Assembly (NCBI GenBank): GCA_030704665.1
Contig: JAUYID010000009.1
Location: 729,702 to 793,701, forward strand
DNA from: a bacterium
Lineage (GTDB): Bacteria; Patescibacteriota; Microgenomatia; Woykebacterales; RBG-16-39-9b
Length of the DNA: 64,000 bases
Reading direction: 5' to 3'
Both the position numbers and the translations under genes were made by a program. This document shows, piece by piece, positions 37,035 through 46,422 of this stretch. Position 1 is the first letter of the stretch. Every line of letters begins with the position of its first letter. The notes beneath the pieces were generated by a model. That model saw only the letters and a list, made by a program, of their open reading frames with translations, was not told the origin of the DNA and made no database searches.

Positions 37035-39245
37035 CTAGCTAGGGGTGCCTAAACTTAGGTTGCCTTCGTGATCAAGTTTTTTCCACTCTACCGGAGCACC
37101 CTTTAGCAAGGCCCAAAGCGCCTTAAAAAGAGAGATATAAAGAATCGGCTGATAATAAAGTCTTTGCAAGGGCATGAGAATCAAAACCCAGGCAGACTCT
37201 CTCTCAAAAGCAAAGGCAACAATACCAAGAATCAACCTCGTCAAAAGATAGAGACTGAGGTAAATAAGAACGAGCTTGGCGGAAATGAAAAAGAAAGCAA
37301 AGATAGCAAAAAGATCCATCAAGGGCGATAAAAGCATGATCGGGATCTGGACAAAAATTGTAAAGGGCAGAACGAGCCAACCCAAAAAGCCATGGCGGCG
37401 TCTAAAAATTAGGTTGCTGTGAGCCGAAAAGGTCTGAAAGACCCCAAAGGTCCAACGAAACCTTTGGCGGATGAGATCTGAGATTTTGGTCGGCGCCTCG
37501 GTATAGGAAACTGCTTCTTTGTCATAAACTACTCTGAAACCGGCCCTTAAAAGCCGTATCGTCAACTCTGCATCTTCTGTCAGGGTCCTGCCTGAATAAC
37601 CCCCGATTTTTTTCACTACACTACTTCTCCACGCTCCTAGAGCCCCTGGAACCACCAAAATCGAGTTCAGCGCGCTGTAGCCGTTTCGTTCTAGGTTCAG
37701 GTTCATGGTGTACTCAATTGCCTGCAACTTACCGAGGATAGTTTCTCGGTTGCCGACTTTTACATTGCCTGCCACAGCGCCAACTTTGGGATCAGCAAAA
37801 AATTTTACTAAGCTCCCAAGGGCATTTTTGTCGAGATGAGTATCAGCATCAAGAGCGACAAAAACACTTGATCGAACAAACCTCAAGCCATAGTTTAAAG
37901 CAGAAAATTTTCCTCCGTTTTCTTTGGCAAGAACCTTAACTCGGCTGTCTTTCTCAAACTTTTTGGCCAGCCTATTGGTATTGTCCGTGGATCCATCATC
38001 AATGATGAAAAGCTTGAATTTTTTGTAGTTCGAGGCTAGAACCGAATGGATTGTAGCAGCAATCGCTTTCTCTTCGTTGTAAGCCGGTACCAAGACGCTA
38101 ATTGAAGGTCGAAAATTTCCCTTTGCCAAAGTCTTTTTGAAACGAAGCGAGCGGTATGATTCTAAGTTCGCCAAAATGATCAGGAACAAACTGTAAGTCA
38201 GAGTAAAACCGAGGCCAATCAAAAAGACCGGGTCCAGAAGTCTCGGAGACGCCTTGAAGAATTTATACCCTACAACCAAAAGATTACTCGAAACCGACTC
38301 TCTCAATGAGACCCGCGGCATGGTAGCTTTTCCGGACAAAGCAGCCAAAGTTTGAAAACTATAGCCTTGGGATTTGTAATACTTGATGATCTCAGGAAGA
38401 GCAAGAACGGTGTTGCGCCGATCACCTCCGGCATCGTGCAAAAGCAAAACTACTGGGCCTTCAGTACTGGTAGTACTGTTTTGGACGATTTTCTTGATGT
38501 TCCTCTCCTGCCAGTCATTAGAGTCAAGAGTCGGGGTTGATACCAAGTAACCTTTGTCCAAGGCAAAAGTGGTAAGGATCAAACTATCCATCGAAATTTC
38601 GTTCTCTTGACCCCAATATGGGTTGCGAAACAATTTGGGACTAATACCTGTCGCCTGCTCGATCAAATTTTGATTGAAATCAATCTCAAAATTAACTCTA
38701 TTCAAGCGCTCCATAGGGTTTTGACCAATAGCAACGTGAGAGAAAGTGTGATTTCCCAACTCAAATCCGTTTTCAACAATTTTTTTAACCAATTCCGGAT
38801 ATTTCAAAACCTGACTCCCAACAACAAAAAATGTTGCGGAAACATTTTCTTTCTTGAGTATTTCAAGAATTTTTGGAGTGTAGTTCGGGTCTGGACCATC
38901 GTCAAATGACAAAACTACTGTTTTTTCTTTGTTCGATTTTTCCCTGTTGATTGAGTAGGTATTTTTTTCTTGGTCCGCGTTTATTTGAATAATTGTCCCA
39001 GAACCGTGGACCGAAATTTCCCCCGGTGTTTTTTTACTAATTTTGTCTATCACATCTCGGTTTGTTTCCCCTTGGATTTTCGTTAGTTTATTTCTAGCTC
39101 CTCCAAAAAACTCCCAGAGTACCAAACCGGCCACAAGAGCAAGAGCAAAACCCAAGACCAAAAAAGCCAAGCAAAAAGTCTTCCAGCGTCGACCGGACTC
39201 GTCAAGAAAGACAAATTTTTGATTTGACAATACACTTTTTGCCAT
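37035..39245 (-). CDS. Polysaccharide deacetylase (NodB) fused to processive GT2 glycosyltransferase (IcaA/PgaC-like)
   Basis: SFDDGP, GNHTFSH, FRNPY, LLHDAGG; VPAYNEE, DDGSTD, DAD, TED, QRFRW. Confidence 0.92.
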   Translation of the reverse strand: MAKSVLSNQKFVFLDESGRRWKTFCLAFLVLGFALALVAGLVLWEFFGGARNKLTKIQGETNRDVIDKISKKTPGEISVHGSGTIIQINADQEKNTYSINREKSNKEKTVVLSFDDGPDPNYTPKILEILKKENVSATFFVVGSQVLKYPELVKKIVENGFELGNHTFSHVAIGQNPMERLNRVNFEIDFNQNLIEQATGISPKLFRNPYWGQENEISMDSLILTTFALDKGYLVSTPTLDSNDWQERNIKKIVQNSTTSTEGPVVLLLHDAGGDRRNTVLALPEIIKYYKSQGYSFQTLAALSGKATMPRVSLRESVSSNLLVVGYKFFKASPRLLDPVFLIGLGFTLTYSLFLIILANLESYRSLRFKKTLAKGNFRPSISVLVPAYNEEKAIAATIHSVLASNYKKFKLFIIDDGSTDNTNRLAKKFEKDSRVKVLAKENGGKFSALNYGLRFVRSSVFVALDADTHLDKNALGSLVKFFADPKVGAVAGNVKVGNRETILGKLQAIEYTMNLNLERNGYSALNSILVVPGALGAWRSSVVKKIGGYSGRTLTEDAELTIRLLRAGFRVVYDKEAVSYTEAPTKISDLIRQRFRWTFGVFQTFSAHSNLIFRRRHGFLGWLVLPFTIFVQIPIMLLSPLMDLFAIFAFFFISAKLVLIYLSLYLLTRLILGIVAFAFERESAWVLILMPLQRLYYQPILYISLFKALWALLKGAPVEWKKLDHEGNLSLGTPS

Positions 39246-39361
39246 AAAAACAACTATTTAACTGGTAACTAGGCAGAAATGATCTCTTCTCCGTAGGAGG
39301 CAAAGTCATTATAAACCTAATTAAACTGAAATTCTACTGGAAAAATAGTTTGATTTTCAGC

Positions 39362-40480
39362 TCAGAACACCTCACAATTTTGGTTGTTTTCTCCGTTCAA
39401 GCAGGTGTCTGTTTGTGCTCCACCATCGTTTTTATCTGAACCATTCCCTGCATCAAGAAAATCCTCCCCAGAACCTCCGGAAAGCCCGTCGCTACCTGGT
39501 CCACCAAACAATTTATCGTTGCCACTGCTGCCATTTAGACTATCGGAGCCTTCGGCACCAAACAATTCATCCGCACCAGAGCCCGCTTGCAGCGAATCAC
39601 TGTCCTGACCACCAAGGAGAATGTCCTGACCGGGCCCACCTTTCAACTTATCACCGCCGTCTCCACCAACAAGGCAATCGTTACCACCTTTACCCTCAAT
39701 AAGATCTCCCCCACCAAAACCAAAAATCAAGTCGTTGCCGGCAGTTCCGATCAGCCTATCGGAGGCCTCAGTTCCCAAAATAGGCTCTCCGGAAAACTCA
39801 ATATCACTACATTCTAAAGGAGCACTCGAAATTTCACCAGTTGAAAGTCGATTACTCTCTAAAATTACACTACTTTTGAAGAGACTAAAGGCAGGAACAG
39901 CAAAGAGCAAAAAAATAAGTACAAGAGCCGGCGCAGTTAAAACTCTGGTATTTAGTTTCTCCTTTTTCTTTTTTTTCATTCTCTTCATTTCCTCGGCAAT
40001 AACCAAAAATTCATGGAGAATAACAAAACTAGCTGGAATGATTACAAGAATAAATAGCCCGGGGAAGCTGCCAAGAAAGGCAGCCAACACTCCCAAAAGG
40101 GGAGCTGAAAAAACGACTTTTCCAAAAATATTTCTGTCTCGGATCAGTGTCGAATCTGGGCCTTGATTAGCATCTCCCTTGGTTTGATAATAAGTGATTC
40201 CATCTTTCTCAACTATCTTGTTAATTCTGTGAGTAATTAAACTCTGCGTTCCTGCCGACTGAAAGCTGACGACTTCCCCTGTTTCATAGTTTTTGTTTTT
40301 ATCACTGAAAATACTTTTTTCTGGAAAAACAACCAAAAGTGAATTTATCGGAAGGTTTGGACTCATACTTCCTGTTTTTACCACCAACAATCGAACCCAG
40401 TTTAAAGCAGAGAGGGTAAGTACCAGGGTGATGGTAAAAATAAAAACTATGAAAACTGAGTTAAAGGCTTTTACAATCAT
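39362..40480 (-). CDS. SipW-type signal peptidase I fused to RTX/hemolysin Ca-binding repeats
   Basis: TGSMSP, ITHRI, TKGDAN..D; C-terminal GGxGxDxLxG repeats. Confidence 0.88.
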   Translation of the reverse strand: MIVKAFNSVFIVFIFTITLVLTLSALNWVRLLVVKTGSMSPNLPINSLLVVFPEKSIFSDKNKNYETGEVVSFQSAGTQSLITHRINKIVEKDGITYYQTKGDANQGPDSTLIRDRNIFGKVVFSAPLLGVLAAFLGSFPGLFILVIIPASFVILHEFLVIAEEMKRMKKKKKEKLNTRVLTAPALVLIFLLFAVPAFSLFKSSVILESNRLSTGEISSAPLECSDIEFSGEPILGTEASDRLIGTAGNDLIFGFGGGDLIEGKGGNDCLVGGDGGDKLKGGPGQDILLGGQDSDSLQAGSGADELFGAEGSDSLNGSSGNDKLFGGPGSDGLSGGSGEDFLDAGNGSDKNDGGAQTDTCLNGENNQNCEVF

Positions 40481-40493
40481 AAACTCTTTACCC

Positions 40494-40521
40494 GGCTGGT
40501 TCCGCAACCGCGGAACCAGCC
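40494..40521. other. Perfect 12-bp intergenic hairpin without U-tract
   Basis: GGCTGGTTCCGC-AACC-GCGGAACCAGCC between the tasA-like and sipW-like genes. Confidence 0.7.
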
Positions 40522-40534
40522 TAAAATCTAGACA

Positions 40535-41074
40535 TTAAGGTACGACTTGGGTTCCAGTAAAGACTACATCATACTGAATACTCTTGTTGGAGGCACTGTT
40601 TGTCGCTGAACCACTGAGGGTTTGTTTGATGTTGCATCCGACTTCTGCGTCAGGAGCAATAGTTACAATAGTTGTCCCAGGAAAAGGGGCGTCCAAAGTC
40701 CCACTCACTACCCCGCTACCACAATCTAGTGCAACTGTTACCAGACTTGGATCAAGGGCACCCGAGTCGATAGAGGTTGCGGCAGTGATATCAAGACTAA
40801 TCGCACTGTCACTGTTGTTTTTCAGACAAAATGGTAATACCTCTTCCTGCCCAGGGGCCAAATCGTCTGAATCAATCCCCGGAGTTGAGCTTGCAAAACT
40901 ACCACACGCTGAACCAGTCCATTCCGCTATTTGCAGATCGGCATCACCAGTACTTAAGGTGTTGTTGGATAGAGTCGCAGTGTCAGTAAAAACAGCTAAA
41001 GTGATTCCCACAACCGCAGCTAGGGTTGCGGCAATGGTGAGAAAACCAAAAGCTACTCTTTTGTTTATTGCCAT
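40535..41074 (-). CDS. TasA/camelysin-like protein with SipW-class signal peptide
   Basis: GITLAVFTDTATLSNNTLSTGDADL; DLAPG..FCLKNNS; DVVFTGTQ. Confidence 0.85.
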   Translation of the reverse strand: MAINKRVAFGFLTIAATLAAVVGITLAVFTDTATLSNNTLSTGDADLQIAEWTGSACGSFASSTPGIDSDDLAPGQEEVLPFCLKNNSDSAISLDITAATSIDSGALDPSLVTVALDCGSGVVSGTLDAPFPGTTIVTIAPDAEVGCNIKQTLSGSATNSASNKSIQYDVVFTGTQVVP

Positions 41075-41125
41075 TTATTTCTCACCTCCTCTCCCCTTCA
41101 ACCAATTTCTTTTTGAAAATTGGCA

Positions 41126-41255
41126 TAAAAAAACCAACTGTCCTGTTTCGGCTCGTTGGTTACTATTTTTTTGTAAGCAGATATTTTGGACAGTCATGGC
41201 AGCAAACTTTTGGCAGGATTTTTAATATAGGCCTCTCCTTGGCGGTCGGCTGTAC
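41126..41255 (-). promoter_or_regulatory. Candidate structured 5' leader / attenuator, copy B
   Basis: AGCCGACCGCCAAGGAGAGGC, CTGCCATGACTGTC, ACCAAC..GTTGGTTTTTTT; TTGACA at 41321-41326 (minus). Confidence 0.6.
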
Positions 41256-41382
41256 AGTTTTTACTTAACGATCAGGAAATTTTGAATGCGAAGTGAGTAT
41301 AAACTATCGCAAAGTGGAGGTGTCAACTAGGTCTATTTGTATCTTTTTGCTTGGATGAGTGCTGAGAGGATTTTGGTTTAAA

Positions 41383-42465
41383 CTAGGTGCACGTCTTACC
41401 GTGGGCAGCTGTTACAAAACCTTGGTCAGTGGAGTTTATGTAGCCATCAAGGTTCAAGTCATATCTCTTTCTGTAATAATTCCCGGAGGAGCTTTTAGTT
41501 CCCTTGTAGTCTGCTCCAATGTATTTAGCCAAAAGTAACTGATCAGCAGAGGTTACTTTTTTGTCACTATTGAAGTCTATTGGCCAAGCGCTTGATCCAC
41601 AGGCTGCTGTCGGACTGGTCCCCATATGTGACTCCGCCGCATCTCCAAAGCTATCTCCATCACTATCTTTTTTGAGAGTCCTGGCTTCTTTAGTTACTGA
41701 TGTATTGTTATTACTTGTATCGTCCACACCTACTCTAATTTGATACTTCGAACTATCCCGTAAATTCGACCACGTTTGAGTTGTCTCTAATGAAAGGGGC
41801 GAACAGATCCCCGAACTTCCTCCTCCGGTTGGACCATTAGGAGGATTGTAGTCCTCATAATACTTTGGATCAACAAGGTCAGAAGAAGAGGTACAAACAT
41901 AATAACCAGAAATCCCAACGTTATCTGTCGCCGACCATTTCCAAGTAATCGAGTTGGTAGTGATATTTGTGGCGTTTACCGTCAGAACAGGTGGGGTAGT
42001 ATCCTTTGAAAGAACCGTAAAAGCCTGGGTTGAAGCTGTGGTACATCCCCCAGTTACACAAGAAACGGTCCAATAGTAGGTGGTGCCAACTGTCAATTGG
42101 CTTGGTGGGGTTCCGTAGCTTGCACTACTCCAACCACCAAAGTTTGTCGAGTTGACTCCGCTGCTACCATACACATCCTTGTACCAAGATCCTGAGTAAA
42201 AATTCCCATTATAGGCCCGGAGATAAACTCGATATTTTGTGGTGTAGCAGTAACAGTTCCAACTAAAGGTTGGCGTAGTACTGTAGGTACTGTAGGCTGG
42301 AGTTAAGCTTGAAGGTTTTCCAGTTGCGGCCTGAGGAGTAAGTGAGCGCACACCATAAACTGCAAAAACAGTAATCGGTATTGAAATGAGAATAATGAGA
42401 GAGGCAAGAATTCCTAGGTTTATGCTTTTGAGAGTAAATTTGTGATCTTCTTGTTCATCGTTCAT
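41383..42465 (-). CDS. Membrane-anchored Fn3-like / dockerin-like surface protein (paralog 1)
   Basis: N-terminal TM; DTTPP..ITWKWSATDNVGISGY; DSDGD; DFNSDKKVTSAD, DLNLDGYINSTD. Confidence 0.8.
   Translation of the reverse strand: MNDEQEDHKFTLKSINLGILASLIILISIPITVFAVYGVRSLTPQAATGKPSSLTPAYSTYSTTPTFSWNCYCYTTKYRVYLRAYNGNFYSGSWYKDVYGSSGVNSTNFGGWSSASYGTPPSQLTVGTTYYWTVSCVTGGCTTASTQAFTVLSKDTTPPVLTVNATNITTNSITWKWSATDNVGISGYYVCTSSSDLVDPKYYEDYNPPNGPTGGGSSGICSPLSLETTQTWSNLRDSSKYQIRVGVDDTSNNNTSVTKEARTLKKDSDGDSFGDAAESHMGTSPTAACGSSAWPIDFNSDKKVTSADQLLLAKYIGADYKGTKSSSGNYYRKRYDLNLDGYINSTDQGFVTAAHGKTCT
42242..42374. repeat. 133-bp identical direct repeat, copy 1
   Basis: Identical to 43257-43389 (offset 1015). 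Confidence 0.9.
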
Positions 42466-42472
42466 TTTAAAT

Positions 42473-43498
42473 TCACTGGCATCTCTGTCCTACATACTTC
42501 GCAAGAGCTTCCGAATCTTTCGAGTTCAAAACATTATCACCTGGGTAAAATTCATATCTTCTTATATTCGCTGGTGGGCTAGCTATTGCCTTGTATAACA
42601 AAAACTGGTCTGCTGAGGAAACAACTTTGTCCCCATTCAAGTCTGGTGGCCAAGCAGAAGCTCCACCACATTTTAAGTTAGGATTGGTACCCATCCAGAT
42701 TTCAACCCCGTTTAACCACCCATCACCATCACTGTCTATATCATCTGTCCTAATACCTCCTGACCTGCCACCCACATTTCCTGCTGCATCATAAGCTCTG
42801 ATATTGTAGTAATAAAGTGTATTCGGAGTAAGGTTGTTGTAGGTATATGACGTTATACCTGACCCCAAAGGAATAATCCCTGTGGAAGTCTCAGTAGTAA
42901 CTCCTAAAGAGATGTCTTGGCGAACAACTCCAACATTATCATAAGTACTCCAGTAAAAAGTAAGTGAAGTTGGCTTGGTCAGGGTTGTACCCATAGAAAC
43001 TTCAGGTGGCGAGGTGTCTTTCGTAAGGACGGTGAATGCCTGAGTTGCTGAAGTCTTACACCCACCAGTCACACAACTAACCGCCCAATAATAAGTTTTT
43101 CCAGCGGTGAGAGAAGCTGGGGCCGATTTGTAATTGTTGTTGATCCAGCCGCCAAAGATAGTAGAATTTTTTCCGCTCGTCCCAAAAACTTCTTTGTACC
43201 AAGACCCAGCATAGAAATTGCCATCTCCTTCACGAAGATAAACTCTATATTTGGTCGTGTAGCAGTAACAGTTCCAACTAAAGGTTGGCGTAGTACTGTA
43301 GGTACTGTAGGCTGGAGTTAAGCTTGAAGGTTTTCCAGTTGCGGCCTGAGGAGTAAGTGAGCGCACACCATAAACTGCAAAAACAGTAACGGGAATGGCG
43401 GCAAAGATAACCAAAACACCAACCAAAGCCAGCTTCGTTGATCGAGTCTGGTGCTCAAATCTTTCCAACAAACGGTTGATTGTTTTGGCAGGATTCAT
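42473..43498 (-). CDS. Membrane-anchored Fn3 / dockerin-like surface protein (paralog 2)
   Basis: LTPNTLYYYNIRAYDAAGN Fn3; DSDGDG; DLNGDKVVSSAD. Confidence 0.8.
   Translation of the reverse strand: MNPAKTINRLLERFEHQTRSTKLALVGVLVIFAAIPVTVFAVYGVRSLTPQAATGKPSSLTPAYSTYSTTPTFSWNCYCYTTKYRVYLREGDGNFYAGSWYKEVFGTSGKNSTIFGGWINNNYKSAPASLTAGKTYYWAVSCVTGGCKTSATQAFTVLTKDTSPPEVSMGTTLTKPTSLTFYWSTYDNVGVVRQDISLGVTTETSTGIIPLGSGITSYTYNNLTPNTLYYYNIRAYDAAGNVGGRSGGIRTDDIDSDGDGWLNGVEIWMGTNPNLKCGGASAWPPDLNGDKVVSSADQFLLYKAIASPPANIRRYEFYPGDNVLNSKDSEALAKYVGQRCQ
43257..43389. repeat. 133-bp identical direct repeat, copy 2
   Basis: Identical to 42242-42374. Confidence 0.9.
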
Positions 43499-43547
43499 CT
43501 TTTTAATTATGGCTAACAGTTGTTCTGCTTGTCAAGTTTTCATTTAT

Positions 43548-44315
43548 CTAGCTACCAAAACCAATAACTTCAATGATTTTGGGGTGCAGTTTTGGGCCCG
43601 CGGCGACAAACTCAGTTGAATCAATAGTCCAGATTTTCCCGGCCAGATCAGTAACGAGACCACCAGCCTCGATCACTGCCAGGGAAGTGGCGGCATAGTC
43701 CCATTTTGAGGCTCCAGTGGAAATAAAAGCTTCAGTCTCGCCAATGGCAACCAGAGCTCCTTGGACGACTTGACTGCCGAAAATTCGAGCGGTGCGGGTT
43801 TTGGTGATGAAACGCGAAAAAATTTCGGCTGTTTTTTTCCTGACTTCCTCGCCCGGACCATAGCCAAACGAGAGTAGACTGTACTCAAGTTCGTCTTTTT
43901 CCGACACATGTATTCTTTTTCCGTTCAAAAAAGTTCCTTTTCCTTTTTCGGCAGTAATCATTTTGTCCCAAGCTGGTAAATTTATAACCGCAAGCAGAGG
44001 CTCTTTGTTTTTGTAGAGAGCAATCGAGGTGGCAAACATTGGGATGTGTGAATGGTAGTTGGTCGTCCCGTCGATTGGGTCCACTATCCAAAGATATTCA
44101 GAATCTCCAACCCCAATCTGGCCTTCTTCTTCCCCGAGAATTTTGTGGTTCGGATAGTCGGCCAGAATAATCTCGCGAATCATCCCTTCGGCGTTTTTGT
44201 CCGCAACGGTCACGAGCGTGTGGTCGGCTTTTCTTTCTTCTTTGAGAACTTGGTCATAATAACCAAGAATGATTTTTTCTGCTTCTTTCGCTGCTTTAAT
44301 GGCGGTTTGTAGCAT
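43548..44315 (-). CDS. Inositol monophosphatase family protein
   Basis: VTVAD, GEE, WIVDPIDGTTNY, WDYAA. Confidence 0.93.
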   Translation of the reverse strand: MLQTAIKAAKEAEKIILGYYDQVLKEERKADHTLVTVADKNAEGMIREIILADYPNHKILGEEEGQIGVGDSEYLWIVDPIDGTTNYHSHIPMFATSIALYKNKEPLLAVINLPAWDKMITAEKGKGTFLNGKRIHVSEKDELEYSLLSFGYGPGEEVRKKTAEIFSRFITKTRTARIFGSQVVQGALVAIGETEAFISTGASKWDYAATSLAVIEAGGLVTDLAGKIWTIDSTEFVAAGPKLHPKIIEVIGFGS

Positions 44316-46074
44316 GTAAAACCCTTTCTTGAAGATTCAGCATTTCTTCTTCTATCCTTTTTGCTAAAGAGTCGACTTGGTTTTTTGTTTGACTCAAATC
44401 TCCCGCCACTTTTTGTTGGTGCTGTATATAATATTTGATCTTTGGCTCAGTTCCGGAAGGCCTAGCAGTGACCTTTGTTTTTTCATCTTCAGAGAGAATA
44501 AAGGTAATTTGGTCTCCAGTAGCTCCACAAACATAGTTTTCCGCCCTTCTTTGTTCTGCGGGTAAACGGTCAATGGTTTTCAAAACCTTTAGTCCAGCGA
44601 TCTCAAGTGGGGGTTTTGTTCGCAAGGAAAGCATAATTTTGGCTCTATTTTCAAAACCAACCCGACCCTGCATCTCAACCATATTTAGGATGTTTTTGTA
44701 GTAGCTGTATTTTTGATAAATTTCATCTAAGTAATTAACTAGAGTTTTTCCCTGATCTTTAAGAAAACTAGTAAGTTCAGCTAAAGTAAGAGCGGCAATT
44801 GCTGCATCTTTGTCGCGCACAAAACTAGAGCGCAGATAACCAAGGCTTTCTTCGGCGGCGAAAACAAAATCATTCTTATCTTCAAGTTTTCCAATCACTT
44901 CACCGATAAATTTGAAGCCAACGAGTAGATCATCAATGACTTTCACTCCGTAGCCTGCAGCGATATCGGAAATAAGGTTGGTGGTTTCGTAAGTTTCCAC
45001 GACTAACGAGTCTCTCGAGAGTTTATTTTGCAGTTTTAGCTGTTCCAAAACAAAGGACGCCAGGACTACCCCTACTTGATCACCATTGAGAAATTGGACT
45101 TTGTTTGAGTCGTGGGTAACCTTTGAGGCCACCCCAATTCGATCGGCATCAGGGTCGGAATTAACAACGAGATCGGCAGCGATCTTCTCTCCCAGCGCTA
45201 CCGCTAGACTCATCACTTGTGGGTATTCTGGGTCAACTAAACCGTTCGGAGCAGTTGGGAATTTTTCATCGGGGCTGGCTTGTTCAGGTACTACTACAAC
45301 TTCGAAACCTTCTGCTTTCAAAACAGGTAAGACGTTATTTACGCCTGCTCCATGCATTGGGCTAAAAACGATTTTAGCACTACGAGTTTTGGTGAGTGAA
45401 AGTCCCCGAATCGCTGTCAAATACGGTTCGTCTACTTCATTTCCTACCATTTGGATCAGACCTTTTTCGAGCGCTGAAGAAAAATCTGTCGTTTTGATGC
45501 TATCGACTTTTTTGACCTGTTCCATAAATTTTAAATCTAACGGAGGGACTACCTGACCGCCATCACTCCAGTAGAATTTAAAGCCATTATCGGCTCTAGG
45601 GTTGTGGGAAGCAGTGATCTGAACTCCAGCGGCAGTTTTCAAAAAACGAACCGCAAAAGAAACCTCTGGGGTGGAGCGGAGAGAATTGAAAAGATAAGCT
45701 TTAATTCCGTTAGCTGCAAAAACACTACAACAAAGTTGGGCAAAAGGTAGCGACATTTTCCGGGCTTCATAACCAACTATAACTCCTTTTGCTTTTAGCT
45801 CCTCACCAAAATCTTTGATAAAGTTCGCCAATCCTTGGGCCGCTTCTCCAATAGTTTGAAGGTTAATTCGATTTGGTCCAGAACCCACTTTGCCCCGTAT
45901 CCCGCCTGTACCAATTTGGATATGAGTGTAAAAGGCGTCTTCAAGTTCTTCAAAGTCTTTGTTGGAAATTAATTTGTTTATTTCCTCCCGAAAGTCCGAA
46001 TACTGGGGTTCGTTTAACCATTTTTCTAGGTTGTTGAATGCCTCAGGAGAAAGTCTGTTTTTTAGTTCATCCAT
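44296..46074 (-). CDS. Phosphoglucomutase/phosphomannomutase
   Basis: GTGGIRG, ITASHNP, DPDADR, EESLGY, RPSGTEPKIK. Confidence 0.95.
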   Translation of the reverse strand: MDELKNRLSPEAFNNLEKWLNEPQYSDFREEINKLISNKDFEELEDAFYTHIQIGTGGIRGKVGSGPNRINLQTIGEAAQGLANFIKDFGEELKAKGVIVGYEARKMSLPFAQLCCSVFAANGIKAYLFNSLRSTPEVSFAVRFLKTAAGVQITASHNPRADNGFKFYWSDGGQVVPPLDLKFMEQVKKVDSIKTTDFSSALEKGLIQMVGNEVDEPYLTAIRGLSLTKTRSAKIVFSPMHGAGVNNVLPVLKAEGFEVVVVPEQASPDEKFPTAPNGLVDPEYPQVMSLAVALGEKIAADLVVNSDPDADRIGVASKVTHDSNKVQFLNGDQVGVVLASFVLEQLKLQNKLSRDSLVVETYETTNLISDIAAGYGVKVIDDLLVGFKFIGEVIGKLEDKNDFVFAAEESLGYLRSSFVRDKDAAIAALTLAELTSFLKDQGKTLVNYLDEIYQKYSYYKNILNMVEMQGRVGFENRAKIMLSLRTKPPLEIAGLKVLKTIDRLPAEQRRAENYVCGATGDQITFILSEDEKTKVTARPSGTEPKIKYYIQHQQKVAGDLSQTKNQVDSLAKRIEEEMLNLQERVLHATNRH

Positions 46075-46148
46075 GGTTAAATTGAGTATATACCGCTAAA
46101 GCGTCATGTAATTGAAATTATAGCAGATCGTCTGTTCGAAAGAGGGGT

Positions 46149-46409
46149 TTATTCTTCGCGTTCAACCGAAATCGTGCATTCAGTCACCAAAGCCGCGAGT
46201 GCTCCCATCGCGGCGAGGGGGGCGGCAAGAACCGCACCAACTACCCCAACGGTAAGCGGAAATTCAGCGATAGTCTTGCCATTTTTATCTGTAATAGTGA
46301 CCCGACGGACGTTACCCTCTTTGATCAGTTCTTTGACTTTGCGGACAACATCTTCACCTTTAACTCTAAACTCTTCTCGTCTCGCCGAAGTCTGGTCTTT
46401 TTTAGCCAC
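46149..46409 (-). CDS. DUF4342-like protein
   Basis: KVKELIKEGNVRRV..EFPLTVGVVG..AALVTECTI; GGAGG SD. Confidence 0.8.
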   Translation of the reverse strand: MAKKDQTSARREEFRVKGEDVVRKVKELIKEGNVRRVTITDKNGKTIAEFPLTVGVVGAVLAAPLAAMGALAALVTECTISVEREE

Positions 46410-46422
46410 TTTGATTTACCTC

